Assembly (NCBI GenBank): GCA_965224245.1
Contig: OZ245046.1
Location: 5,088,001-5,152,000, forward strand
Source of the DNA: Candidatus Eiseniibacteriota bacterium
GTDB lineage: Bacteria; Eisenbacteria; RBG-16-71-46; CAZAMP01
DNA: 64,000 nucleotides
Direction of reading: 5' to 3'
The notes beneath the pieces were generated by a model. It saw only the letters and a list, made by a program, of their open reading frames with translations. It had not been told where the DNA came from and did no database searches. The translations under genes and the position numbers were made by a program. Shown in pieces: positions 29,308 through 39,135 of the stretch. Position 1 is the first letter of the stretch. Each line of letters opens with the position of its first letter.

Positions 29308-30324
29308 ATGGCGACACGTGACCGCAAGTACGACCGGCCACTCTTCGCGGGGCCCGACTCGCTCTTCGCGAAGTGCCTGGCCGGCGCGTCGATGCTCGGC
29401 GCTCTGGTGCTGATCGTCGTCTTCGTGACGCCGCTGCGCGAGCGGGAGCTCGTGACGGTGGACGAGGTGCCGAAGCGCCTGGCCAAGCTCCTGATCGCCG
29501 AGCCCGAGCCGGCGAGGACCCCACCGCTCGTGGCCGAGGCGGTGACGCTCGCCGAGCCGGTCGAGGCGCCCGTCGAGCCGGAGGTCACGCCCGAGCCCGA
29601 GGCGACCGCACCCGAGCCGAGGCCCACCCGGCGCCGGAAGCCACCGGAGGCCGTGCAGCGGGATCCCCGCGCGGGCAAGGCGGGTCGGGACCGCGCGGCG
29701 CGCGAGGTCACCGAGACACTCGCGTCCACGACGAAGAGCGTCGAGTCGGCGCTCACGAGCCTGTCGGCGAGCCTGGCCGGTGCGAGCGACGCGCCGGAGT
29801 CTCCGAGGCGCCCGCGCCGCCAGCGGCGCACGCGGAGCGGCCGGTCCGGCGGGCAGGTCACCGCGGCGGAGACCGCGGTCGTCTCGGCGGGATCGCGGGC
29901 GGCGACCGACGTCGCGCTGGAGACCGAGCTGGTCGCCGTCGAGTCGCTGGGCTCCGGGGGTGGCGCGTCGAGTCCGGGAGGATCCGGCGCCGGCGCGAGC
30001 TCGGGTGTCGACGTCCATCGTTCGACCGCGTCGCTGCTCTCGGTCGTTCGCCGGTACGCGGCCGGGATCCAGTTCTGCTACGAGAACGAGCTGAAGCGCG
30101 ACCAGACGCTCAGGGGCAAGATCGTCGTGTCCCTGACGGTCTCGCCGGAGGGTCGCATCGAGGCGGTCGATCTCGTCGAGGACACGCTCGGCTCGCCGGC
30201 GCTCGGCTCGTGTGCGCTCTCGCAGATCCGAGACTGGCGTTTCCCGCCGATCGACGAGGGCCGGGTGACGTTCCGGATCCCGTTCGTGTTCACGCCCCCC
30301 ACGACGGTGGCGGATCGGGACTGA
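29308..30324 (+). CDS. TonB-like energy transducer with AgmX/PglI C-terminal domain (GltG-like)
   Basis: N-terminal TM; Pro/Glu-rich linker; C-terminal IQFCYENELK.D..LRGKIVV.LTV...G...C...IRDWRFP. Confidence 0.85.
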   Translation: MATRDRKYDRPLFAGPDSLFAKCLAGASMLGALVLIVVFVTPLRERELVTVDEVPKRLAKLLIAEPEPARTPPLVAEAVTLAEPVEAPVEPEVTPEPEATAPEPRPTRRRKPPEAVQRDPRAGKAGRDRAAREVTETLASTTKSVESALTSLSASLAGASDAPESPRRPRRQRRTRSGRSGGQVTAAETAVVSAGSRAATDVALETELVAVESLGSGGGASSPGGSGAGASSGVDVHRSTASLLSVVRRYAAGIQFCYENELKRDQTLRGKIVVSLTVSPEGRIEAVDLVEDTLGSPALGSCALSQIRDWRFPPIDEGRVTFRIPFVFTPPTTVADRD

Positions 30325-30675
30325 GTCGCGCACCGCGGGCACGAATCGCATGCGGAGCCAGCACCCGCTCCGCTCGATCGGACCGATCGGGCATGCGTTC
30401 GTCGACGGGGCGTTCGAACCCCGGCACGGACCGGCCGAGTCCGACCGGCCTCGCCCGACGGGCGGCTCCGGGGTCTCGGCCGAGCACGGGCGACGCCGGT
30501 CGGCGCCGCCGGAGGCCCGCCAGAGCCCGCCGACGTAGATAGAGCGCAACGTCCCCATTCCGCGGACGATACCTGTAGCGACCCGGATGAGAGCGCGCGC
30601 TTCAGGACGCCGCGCGCGCCACGGCTCCGGTTGCCGCCCGAGACCACCGTGATCGCCGTTCCGGCGAGAGTTCGG

Positions 30676-30705
30676 TTGTCGATCCCGCCTCGATCGGGCG
30701 ATAAT
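30676..30705 (+). promoter_or_regulatory. Candidate sigma70 promoter for glnA
   Basis: TTGTCG-N18-GATAAT upstream of the GS gene. Confidence 0.35.
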
Positions 30706-30819
30706 CCCCGATCGTTTTTCGGGAGGGGCTGGTCCTTTCGCGCTCCCGCGCGGGGTGACCCGGCGACCGGGCAGACGCCGTTCGTCCGAAGAGGTGTTTT
30801 CCCGGAGGTTCAGAGTCAC

Positions 30820-33036
30820 ATGCCATCCACGAGTAAGGTCACCGCAATGGAAACTCAGACCGGCAATTCGAGCACCGGCCGACTGAAGGGACGGATCTAC
30901 GAGATGGATCTCCTCGGCGGACCTGGCTCGAGCGCGAGCAGCTTCGGGTCGCTCACGTTTTCCGGCGACGTCATGCGGCGTCGACTTCCGAAGGATGTCT
31001 ACGAGCAGCTTCATCAGTGCATCCAGCGCGGCCAGCCGCTGGACCACACGGTCGCCGACACGGTCGCGTCGGCGATGAAGGCCTGGGCGCTCGAGCACGG
31101 CGCCACGCACTACACGCACTGGTTCCAGCCCCTGACCGGCTCCACTGCCGAGAAGCACGACGCGTTTCTCGAGCCAGACGGCAACGGCGGCGCCATCGAG
31201 CGCTTCTCCGCCGACCAGCTGATTCAGGGCGAGCCGGATGCGAGCTCGTTTCCGTCCGGTGGCATTCGCGAGACGTTCGAAGCGCGCGGCTACACGGCCT
31301 GGGACGCGTCGAGTCCGGCGTTCATCCTCAAGACCGAAGACACGGCCACGCTGTGCATCCCCACGGCGTTCGTGTCGTGGACCGGCGAGGCCCTGGACAA
31401 GAAGACGCCGCTGCTCCGGTCGTGCGACGCACTCAGCACCCAGGCCAAGCGCGTGCTGGCGCTGTTCGGCACCGACGCCGGCGTCACGCGGGTCTCGACG
31501 ACGCTCGGCACCGAGCAGGAGTACTTCCTCGTCGACCGCGAGCTGTTCAACCTGCGCCCCGATCTCCAGATCTGCGGCCGCACGGTGCTCGGCGCGGCGT
31601 CGTCGAAGGGCCACCAGCTCGACGATCACTACTTCGGCGCCATCCCGGCCCGCGTGCTGTCGTTCATGGCCGACGTCGAGCAGCGTCTGTTCGAGCTCGG
31701 GGTTCCGGTCAAGACGAGACACAACGAGGTCGCGCCCGGTCAGTACGAGATCGCGCCCACGTTCGAGAACGTGAACACGGCGGTCGACCACCAGATGCTG
31801 ATCATGCACGTGCTCCAGCGCACGGCGCGCCATCACGGGTTCGCGTGCCTCATTCACGAGAAGCCGTTCGCGGGCGTCAACGGATCGGGCAAGCACAACA
31901 ACTGGTCGATGACCACCGACACCGGGGTCAATCTCCTGGACCCACGTGATGATGCGCACACCAACATGCAGTTCCTGGTGTTCCTGGCGTCGGTCATCAT
32001 GGCCGTGGATCGTCACGCCGATCTCCTGCGCGCGTCGATCGCGAACGCGGGCAACGACCATCGCCTCGGAGCCAACGAGGCACCGCCGGCGATCATCTCG
32101 ATCTTCCTCGGCGACATGCTCAGCGACATCCTCGATCAGCTCGCGCGGGGGCAGGCGCGTTCGACGAAGAAGGGCGGCTCGCTGAACCTCGGCGCGCACA
32201 CGCTGCCGCAGATTCCCCGTCACTCGGGTGACCGCAACCGCACGAGCCCGTTCGCGTTCACCGGCAACAAGTTCGAGTTCCGCGCGGTCGGGTCGTCGGC
32301 CGCCGTCGCGTGGCCGAACACGGTCATCAACACGATCGTGGCCGAGGCCGTCGACATCGTCGTCACCGATCTCGAGAAGCGCGCCGGCAAGAACCCCACC
32401 GAGAGGAAGCTCGAGCAGGCAGTCCGTGCGGTCCTGAAGGACGTCGTGCGCAAGCATCGCCGCATCGTGTTCGACGGCGACAACTACTCGACGGACTGGC
32501 ACGCCGAAGCCGAGAAGCGGGGTCTCCCGCACCTGCGCACCACGCCGGACGCCTACGCGGCGTTCAAGACCCGTGCGGCGCAGGCGCTGTTCCGCAAGTA
32601 CGGCGTCCTGAACGCGCGCGAGTACAAGGCGCGCGTGGAGGTCCTCGTCGAGCGGTACAACAACGTGATGCAGATCGAGGCCCGCACGCTGCTCCGGATG
32701 CTGCGCACGCAGGTGCTGCCCGCATGCCTGCGCTGCCAGGGCGAGCTGGCCGACATCGTCATGTCGAGCGAGGCCGCCGGTGCGAGGACGTTCGGAGCGC
32801 GGCGCACGTTCGACACCGTGGCCGCGCTGTGCGCCGACCTGGAGTCGGAGTGCGACGTGCTGGCGACGGCCCTGGACGAGCTGCCCGACGGCGGAGACGC
32901 CTGCAGCAAAGCGATCATCGACACGTTGATCCCGGCCATGCGAGCGGCACGGACGACGGCCGATGCGCTCGAGGGATACGTGTCAGACGACATGTGGCCG
33001 TTCCCGAGCTACGCGGAGCTGATGTTCGTCAAGTAG
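30820..33036 (+). CDS. glnA: Glutamine synthetase type III
   Basis: [79 protein letters not shown]. Start 30820 or 30847. Confidence 0.96.
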   Translation: MPSTSKVTAMETQTGNSSTGRLKGRIYEMDLLGGPGSSASSFGSLTFSGDVMRRRLPKDVYEQLHQCIQRGQPLDHTVADTVASAMKAWALEHGATHYTHWFQPLTGSTAEKHDAFLEPDGNGGAIERFSADQLIQGEPDASSFPSGGIRETFEARGYTAWDASSPAFILKTEDTATLCIPTAFVSWTGEALDKKTPLLRSCDALSTQAKRVLALFGTDAGVTRVSTTLGTEQEYFLVDRELFNLRPDLQICGRTVLGAASSKGHQLDDHYFGAIPARVLSFMADVEQRLFELGVPVKTRHNEVAPGQYEIAPTFENVNTAVDHQMLIMHVLQRTARHHGFACLIHEKPFAGVNGSGKHNNWSMTTDTGVNLLDPRDDAHTNMQFLVFLASVIMAVDRHADLLRASIANAGNDHRLGANEAPPAIISIFLGDMLSDILDQLARGQARSTKKGGSLNLGAHTLPQIPRHSGDRNRTSPFAFTGNKFEFRAVGSSAAVAWPNTVINTIVAEAVDIVVTDLEKRAGKNPTERKLEQAVRAVLKDVVRKHRRIVFDGDNYSTDWHAEAEKRGLPHLRTTPDAYAAFKTRAAQALFRKYGVLNAREYKARVEVLVERYNNVMQIEARTLLRMLRTQVLPACLRCQGELADIVMSSEAAGARTFGARRTFDTVAALCADLESECDVLATALDELPDGGDACSKAIIDTLIPAMRAARTTADALEGYVSDDMWPFPSYAELMFVK

Positions 33037-33048
33037 GACCCGCGATCC

Positions 33049-33073
33049 CGCCGCGGCGACCGTCGCCGCGGCG
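33049..33073 (+). terminator. Strong GC hairpin after glnA
   Basis: Perfect inverted repeat CGCCGCGGCGAC-C-GTCGCCGCGGCG, 12 nt after the stop. Confidence 0.5.
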
Positions 33074-33443
33074 CGCCAGAAGGCGGCCCCGCCCGGGGTG
33101 GGCGAGGCCGCATTCGTCGAGGCCGGGTTGAGACGGAAGTGCGAGGCGGTTGGGGACTACATCTGTTTCGGGTCCAGGCGCGGGCCGTGGTCTGGGACCG
33201 ATGAGACGGCGAACCGGTGGGGACGAACGGTGGGGAGCCGCGCCAGCCGTGCGGGAAGTGTAGAACGAAACGCCCGCTCGCGATGCAGGGATACCGATCG
33301 AAAGTGAGCATTCGTGGTGCGAACGGTCGAGGTCGTCCGACGGTGGTCGGGTGGAGCCGATGCCGGGCGATCCTCTCGGGCGAGACGCCCCGCTCCCGAC
33401 GAGCGGGAGCGGGGCTGGACGTGATCCCGTCGACGCTTCCGGC

Positions 33444-33794
33444 TCAGCGCATGCGGCGCCGCGCGTGGACGGCGAGTCCCGCGAGCCCCAGGCCGATCAG
33501 TGCGACCGAGGCGGGCTCGGGAATCGGCCTGGCTCCGCCGGGCGACGCCGCGACCAGGAGCCGGTTGCCCGTCTCCTCGCCTCCCAACGTCACCCGATCG
33601 CCGAGCGCCCCGAGCGCCCCGAGCGCCGGCTCGGCGTGCGGCTCATCCAGGCGACCCTCGTAGCCAGCCTCCGCCGGCGCTCCGCCGGGATGACTCGCGA
33701 GCTCACAGACGTACGGTGCCGCGCCGGCCGTCGACGCGGTAGCGGCGCTCAGTCCGACGACCAGCATCAGTCGCCCGAGCGATGTCACGTGCAT
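33444..33794 (-). CDS. Small PEP-CTERM sorting-domain protein
   Basis: Signal peptide; GAGGAAGGA upstream; C-terminus IPEPASVALIGLGLAGLAVHARRRMR. Confidence 0.8.
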   Translation of the reverse strand: MHVTSLGRLMLVVGLSAATASTAGAAPYVCELASHPGGAPAEAGYEGRLDEPHAEPALGALGALGDRVTLGGEETGNRLLVAASPGGARPIPEPASVALIGLGLAGLAVHARRRMR

Positions 33795-34200
33795 GATGTC
33801 AATCCTTCCTCGAGCCGACCGCGCCGGTGCTCCCGGCCGATCGACCGCGTCCCGATGTCGTGTCCTGCTACGGTGCGTGCGATGTCGTGGCTCCTTTCCG
33901 AGCGCTGCGGGCGCTCTCGGGGCAACTCGTCGTGCGGCAGGCCGACGTCACCCCCGAAGGGGTGTCAGGAGTACGGATCGCGCGTGCGAGTTCCGGCGGC
34001 GAACGCTCCGTTCGATCGTCCAAGTGATGTTGGATCAATACGTTGACAGCGATCGTGGGCGTCGTCTCGCGGTCGCGGCAGCGTCTCGCGGCATCTGTCT
34101 AGACGCCGTGACACCGGAGAAGGTCACATGAGGATCTCGTGTGGGGGCCGACGCCGGCGCGGTCGAGAGAGACCGGGCCGGTGCGTCGGAGCGGGGGTGT

Positions 34201-35916
34201 CTAGCTGGCGCGCACCAGTCGCACCGATCCCGCAACGCGGCCGTCGACCCGGATGCGGACGAAGTACACGCCGGCTCCGACGCGAGCGCCGCGCGTGTCG
34301 TCGCCGTTCCAGCTCAGCTCGGTGACGCCTCGGGTCACGGCGAGCCCGACGGCGAGTCGCCGCACGAGTCGTCCCTGCGCGTCCACGACCTCCGCCGACA
34401 CGCGTGCGTCGGTGTCGAGGTCGAACGCGATGCGGGCCACGTCGCCCGACGGGTTTGGCGTCAGCAGACGGAGCGCGATCGCATCGGCGAGATCGACGCT
34501 CGGGTCACCCACCGCGATCACGGCCTCCGCCTCGTCGGAGAAGATCGACTCGTTGAAGTCGGTGTCGTAAGCCGACACCGAGACGAGAAAGGCGTCCGTG
34601 GTCGGCAGGCCTCCGATCGAGAACTCCTGGACGGGACCGGCGTCGAGACCGGCGTCCAGCACGTCGTAGTAGAACGTCGAGTCGACGCCGGCGCGTCTCA
34701 GCGCCACCCGGTAGCCCGCCAGGTCGGGCGCGGTGGTGACGCTCGGCCAGGTCACGTTCAGGTTGCCGTCGCCCAGATCCTCGACGCTCGGCATCGACGG
34801 TCGCTCCGGGGCCAGGGCGAGGTTCGCGAACGCGGCCAGGTTGAGACGCGTGACGCGTGCGAGGTAGGGGAAGTTCATGTACTCGATCAAGTCGTCACCG
34901 TTGTGCTGGTGCCCGACCGACCCATCGCCGACCCCGTCCTCGTTGGCCTCGGTGAACCGCGCGGCCGCGAAGCCCCGATTCCCGAAGGGGATGTGATCGC
35001 CGCCGCGTCCCGGGCGGTCCTGGCGCAGGATCATCGTCACCTCGAACTCGCTCATGTACCGCAGCCCGGCCAGCTTGATCGCGCGCGCGAGCTGGCGGCT
35101 CGACGACGTGTCCGGTCCCCGCGAGAAGTGACGCACGCTCATCGAGTCGACGATGACCGGCTCCCCGTCCGGACAGGCCGGGTTCGCACAGCCGACGATG
35201 TTGCCGACGATGTCGTTGGTGACCATGCCGTCGAGGCGAAGTCCGCTCGTGTCGGCGAACACCGCGTAGCGCGTCGAGCCGATCAGTCCGTTCTCCTCAC
35301 CGGTGAACGCGAGCAGGAGGAGGCTCGCGTCGAGGTCGGTGCCGGCGAGAACCCGGCTCATCTCGAGAACGGCGGCCACGCCGCTCCCATCGTCGTTCGC
35401 CCCCGGCGCCGCCGAGGACGCGTCGCAGTTGTCGACGATGCGCGAGTCCATGTGTCCGCTGACCAGGAAGTGTCGTTCGGGCTGGAGCGTGCCCACCTTG
35501 TCGTTGACCACGTTGCGATGCGTGGTCGTGAACATGCACGTCTGCGCGACGAACGAGAAGTAGCTCGGCGCCATGTTGCTGCCGGGTGTGGAGGCGTGCG
35601 CGTCGAAGCGGCTGCGGATCCAGCGTCGCGCGGCACCGATGCCCACGGTGGACGAGACCGTGTCCGAGTTCATGTGCCGCGTGTGGAAGCCGACCAGCCG
35701 CTGCACGTAGCTCTGGAGGCTGTCGGCGGAGACGTCTTCGAGGAGCGCGGCGATCGTGGGGTTGGCGGGCAACGAGCTCGAGAACGGCGTTCCCCTGGAC
35801 ACGGCGTCGCCGTCACCTGCGGTGCGGGTTCCTCCAGCCCGGATGACCAGAGAGGTCGTGATGACGGCGGCCACCACCAGGATCATGCGTGTGCGAGCTG
35901 AACGACGTTCCACCAT
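34201..35916 (-). CDS. M28 family peptidase + FnIII-like + FlgD-Ig CTD
   Basis: SGHMDSR, PGANDDGSG, FTGEE.GL.GS, RGGDH.PF; C-terminal PNPS...WNGDD..G..V.AGVYFVR. Confidence 0.9.
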   Translation of the reverse strand: MVERRSARTRMILVVAAVITTSLVIRAGGTRTAGDGDAVSRGTPFSSSLPANPTIAALLEDVSADSLQSYVQRLVGFHTRHMNSDTVSSTVGIGAARRWIRSRFDAHASTPGSNMAPSYFSFVAQTCMFTTTHRNVVNDKVGTLQPERHFLVSGHMDSRIVDNCDASSAAPGANDDGSGVAAVLEMSRVLAGTDLDASLLLLAFTGEENGLIGSTRYAVFADTSGLRLDGMVTNDIVGNIVGCANPACPDGEPVIVDSMSVRHFSRGPDTSSSRQLARAIKLAGLRYMSEFEVTMILRQDRPGRGGDHIPFGNRGFAAARFTEANEDGVGDGSVGHQHNGDDLIEYMNFPYLARVTRLNLAAFANLALAPERPSMPSVEDLGDGNLNVTWPSVTTAPDLAGYRVALRRAGVDSTFYYDVLDAGLDAGPVQEFSIGGLPTTDAFLVSVSAYDTDFNESIFSDEAEAVIAVGDPSVDLADAIALRLLTPNPSGDVARIAFDLDTDARVSAEVVDAQGRLVRRLAVGLAVTRGVTELSWNGDDTRGARVGAGVYFVRIRVDGRVAGSVRLVRAS

Positions 35917-36110
35917 GCGGGCCCCCTTGCTGGCGAATCCGGCCGATCGAGAGTGAACTTCGTTCGAAGTCTACCAGCTCGGCCGGAACCGCGGGGGCGC
36001 CCGCCGGGGCCGGCGCTCGGATCGGCATCCCCGGCGGGCGCCCGCTCCGGCTTGACGCGACGGTCGAAAGCCCGTATCGGTCCCCGCGCACCGCCGGCGA
36101 GACGAGGGCC

Positions 36111-36875
36111 ATGCAAGCGAACTCCGGGACCCGCGCGAACGCGCACACATCGATCGTGATCTATACCGACGGGGCCGCCTCCGGCAACCCGGGCCCCGGC
36201 GGGTGGGGGGCGATCGTGCGCTGCGGGGACGATCACGTCGAGGAGCTGGGCGGCGGGGCCGCCCACACCACGAACAACCGCATGGAGATGACGGCCGTCA
36301 TCGAAGCGCTGCGCTTCGCCGCCGATCGTCCGGGACCGGTCGTCGTCTATAGCGATTCCACATACGTCATCAAGGGCATCACCGAGTGGATCGACGGGTG
36401 GAAACGCCGCGGCTGGCGCACGTCCGGCGGCGAGCCGGTCGCGAACCGCGAGCTCTGGGAGGCCATCGACGAGCTCGTCCGGGCCCGGGGACGTGCGATC
36501 CGCTGGGTGTACGTGCGGGGGCACCGCGGCGTCCCCGGCAACGAACGCGTCGACGAGATCGCGGTGGCGCACACGCGCGGAGAGGCTCCGTCTCTCTATT
36601 CCGGCCCCGTCGCGGCGTACGGCATCGATCTGACGGGACCCCCACCGAGCGCGTCGACCGGATCGTCGACGTCGCGCGCGTCGCGCCGAGGGGCGGCATA
36701 CAGCTATCTGAGCCTCGTGAACGGCGTGCTCCGTCGTCACGCGACCTGGGCCGCATGCGAGGCCCGCGTCAAGGGGCGGAGCGGCGCCCGGTTCAAGAAG
36801 GCCATGACGGCCGCGGAGGAGGCCGACATCGTGCGCGGCTGGGGCCTCGATCCGGGCCAGCTCCCGCCGCGCTGA
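36111..36875 (+). CDS. rnhA: Ribonuclease HI with C-terminal hybrid-binding (viroplasmin-like) domain
   Basis: YTDGA.SGNPGPGGWG, TTNNRMEM.A, YSDSTY, NRELW, VRGH.G..GNE..D; tail TWAACEARVKG.SGARFKK. Confidence 0.9.
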   Translation: MQANSGTRANAHTSIVIYTDGAASGNPGPGGWGAIVRCGDDHVEELGGGAAHTTNNRMEMTAVIEALRFAADRPGPVVVYSDSTYVIKGITEWIDGWKRRGWRTSGGEPVANRELWEAIDELVRARGRAIRWVYVRGHRGVPGNERVDEIAVAHTRGEAPSLYSGPVAAYGIDLTGPPPSASTGSSTSRASRRGAAYSYLSLVNGVLRRHATWAACEARVKGRSGARFKKAMTAAEEADIVRGWGLDPGQLPPR

Positions 36876-37010
36876 CGCGGTCTTGCCGTGGACGCTCGGC
36901 CCGTCCATGGGCTACCCTTACCCGTTTCGCAGGCGCCGCCCCCATCCGTCCAAGCGCTTGCCATGAAGACGCATTCCCATGAGCCCCATGAGCGACGTTC
37001 GGAGGGTCCG

Positions 37011-39107
37011 GTGAGCCAGAGCACGATGACGCCCGCGAATCCGTTCCTGAACCTCGAACCACCGGTGCCCTTCGATCAGATCGGGCCCGCCGACGTGGCG
37101 CCCGGGATCCGCGCGCTTCTCTCCGAGCTGGATCGGGAGCTGGAGCAGGTCGAGCGCTCGTCGACGGCCACCTGGGACGGTCTCGTCGTGCCGATCGACC
37201 GTTTGCGCGACCGGTTCGAGGTGGCCTGGGGCGTGGTGGGCAACCTGCTGTCCGTGAGCAACAGCGAGGAGCTCCGCGCGGCGTACAAGGACGTCCTGCC
37301 GGTGATGGTCGCGTTCTCGCTCCGGCTGAAGCAGAGTCACCCGCTGTTCGAGCGGCTGGAGCAGCTGTCCGGCGGCGATGCGTGGCACTCGCTGAGCGCC
37401 TGCCAGAAGCGGATCGTCGAGTCGCTGTTGCGAGAGATGCGCCACGCCGGCGTCTCGCTGGAGCCCGCGGTTCGTACCGAGTTCAGCGCGGTCGAGCGGG
37501 AGCTGGCCGAGCTCGGAACCCACTTCGGAAACAACGTGCTCGACGCGACGAAGGCGTTCGAGATGACGCTCACCACCGCGGAGGAGGTCCGCGGGCTCCC
37601 CGACACCCTGCTCGGCATGGCCGCGTCGTCGGCGCGCAAGCACGGGCATCCGAGCGCGACCACGCGAGGGGGACCGTGGCGAGTCCCGCTGAACGAGGCG
37701 TACGTCTCACCGTTCCTGACACACAGCGAGCGGCGCGACCTCCGCGAACGCGTCTATCGGGCCCTGGTCACACGCGCGAGCACGGCGCCGACCGACAATC
37801 GCCCGCTCATCGAGCGCATTCTGAGGCTCCGCGGCGAGCAAGCCCGCCGGCTCGGCTACGACACGTACGCCGAGCTGAGCATCGCCAACAAGATGGCGCC
37901 GAGCGTGACGGCCGTGCGCGAGGCGCTGGGCGAGCTGCGAGACGCCGCGTACGACGTGGCCCATCGCGAGTTCGACGAGCTGGCCGCGTTCTCCAGCGCG
38001 CACGGTGGCCCGAATCGCGACCAGATCAAGCAGTGGGACGTCTCGTTCTGGCTCGAGCGGCTGCAACAGACCGAGCTCGGCTTCGCCGACGAGGATCTCC
38101 GCCCCTACTTTCCGTTGCCGCGTGTCCTCGACGGGCTCTTCGCGGTGGCCAAGCGACTGTTCAACATCGACGTCGAGGCCCGGCCGGGCGGGGCTCCCGT
38201 CTGGCACGATGACGTCCGGTACTTCGACGTGCGCCGAGACGGCACGGTCGTCGCGTCGTTCTACCTGGATCTCTTCGCGCGGCCCGGCGTGAAGCAGCAG
38301 GGCGCGTGGCAGTCGGGCATCTTCAACCGCTCGCGCAACTCTCACGGTCGCCGTGATCTCAGGACGCCGGTGACGGTGATGGTCTGCAACCAGGCGCCAC
38401 CGGTCAGCGGCCGCCCCTCGCTGATGAAGCTGGGCGAGGTTCGGACGCTCTTCCACGAGTTCGGCCACGCGCTGCATCACATGCTCACGTCCGTCGACAC
38501 CGGGCTCGCGGCCGGGACCTCCGGCGTGGAGTGGGACGCAGTCGAGCTGCCGTCGATGTTCATGGAGAACTGGGTCTTCCAGCCGAACGTGCTGCGCGAG
38601 CTCTCGTCGCACGTCGAGACCGGCGAGTCGTTGCCGGAGGAGTGGATCGAGAAGATCGTGGGCTGGCGCCGCTATCGGAGCGCGCCGCGTCTGCTCCGCC
38701 AGGTGTGCCTCTCGCTGACCGATCTCGAGCTGCACGATACGTACGATCCGGACGGCCCCGAGCGTCCCATGGACGTCTTTCGCCGGGTCGCCCGCGAGAA
38801 CAGCATCCTGGCACCGCTTCCCGAGGACGTGTTCCTCTGCGCGTTCGGTCACATCTTCTCGGGCGGCTACGCGGCCGGCTACTACAGCTACCTCTGGGCC
38901 AACATCATGAGCGCCGATGCGTTCTCCGCCTTCGAGGAGGCCGGACTCGAGGACACCGACGCGATCGCGTCCACCGGCCGGCGCTTTCGCGACACCGTCC
39001 TCGCGCTGGGGGGCAGCGTCTCGCCCGCCGAAGTCTTCGAGCGCTTCCGGGGACGGGCGCCGAGCACCGACGCACTGCTCAGACACCTCGGTCTGGCGTC
39101 GAGCTGA
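37011..39107 (+). CDS. prlC: Oligopeptidase A (M3A)
   Basis: TLFHEFGHALHH, VEWDAVELPS.FMENW, FGHIFSGGYAAGYYSYLWA. Start 37011 (GGAGGG RBS) or 37026. Confidence 0.93.
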   Translation: MSQSTMTPANPFLNLEPPVPFDQIGPADVAPGIRALLSELDRELEQVERSSTATWDGLVVPIDRLRDRFEVAWGVVGNLLSVSNSEELRAAYKDVLPVMVAFSLRLKQSHPLFERLEQLSGGDAWHSLSACQKRIVESLLREMRHAGVSLEPAVRTEFSAVERELAELGTHFGNNVLDATKAFEMTLTTAEEVRGLPDTLLGMAASSARKHGHPSATTRGGPWRVPLNEAYVSPFLTHSERRDLRERVYRALVTRASTAPTDNRPLIERILRLRGEQARRLGYDTYAELSIANKMAPSVTAVREALGELRDAAYDVAHREFDELAAFSSAHGGPNRDQIKQWDVSFWLERLQQTELGFADEDLRPYFPLPRVLDGLFAVAKRLFNIDVEARPGGAPVWHDDVRYFDVRRDGTVVASFYLDLFARPGVKQQGAWQSGIFNRSRNSHGRRDLRTPVTVMVCNQAPPVSGRPSLMKLGEVRTLFHEFGHALHHMLTSVDTGLAAGTSGVEWDAVELPSMFMENWVFQPNVLRELSSHVETGESLPEEWIEKIVGWRRYRSAPRLLRQVCLSLTDLELHDTYDPDGPERPMDVFRRVARENSILAPLPEDVFLCAFGHIFSGGYAAGYYSYLWANIMSADAFSAFEEAGLEDTDAIASTGRRFRDTVLALGGSVSPAEVFERFRGRAPSTDALLRHLGLASS

Positions 39108-39135
39108 GCATTCCCGCCGATCGGAGTCGATCGCG

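Noticed and set aside
21446-30324. Functional gliding motility locus or Tol-Pal
   Set aside because: No tolB-pal-cpoB arrangement, and the gliding-specific cytoplasmic components are absent from the window.
30325-30819. glnA (glutamine) riboswitch or other ncRNA in the long leader
   Set aside because: I could not match the conserved core by eye. An Infernal/Rfam scan would decide.
28681-32532. 1283-aa minus-strand ORF and other long shadow ORFs (e.g. 3706, 5494, 11924, 21593, 39906, 56776)
   Set aside because: These are antisense or alternate frames of well-supported genes, with Arg/Gly-rich composition typical of high-GC shadow ORFs.
33080-33440. Gene in the gap after glnA
   Set aside because: Only low-complexity ORFs with no RBS or motif support.
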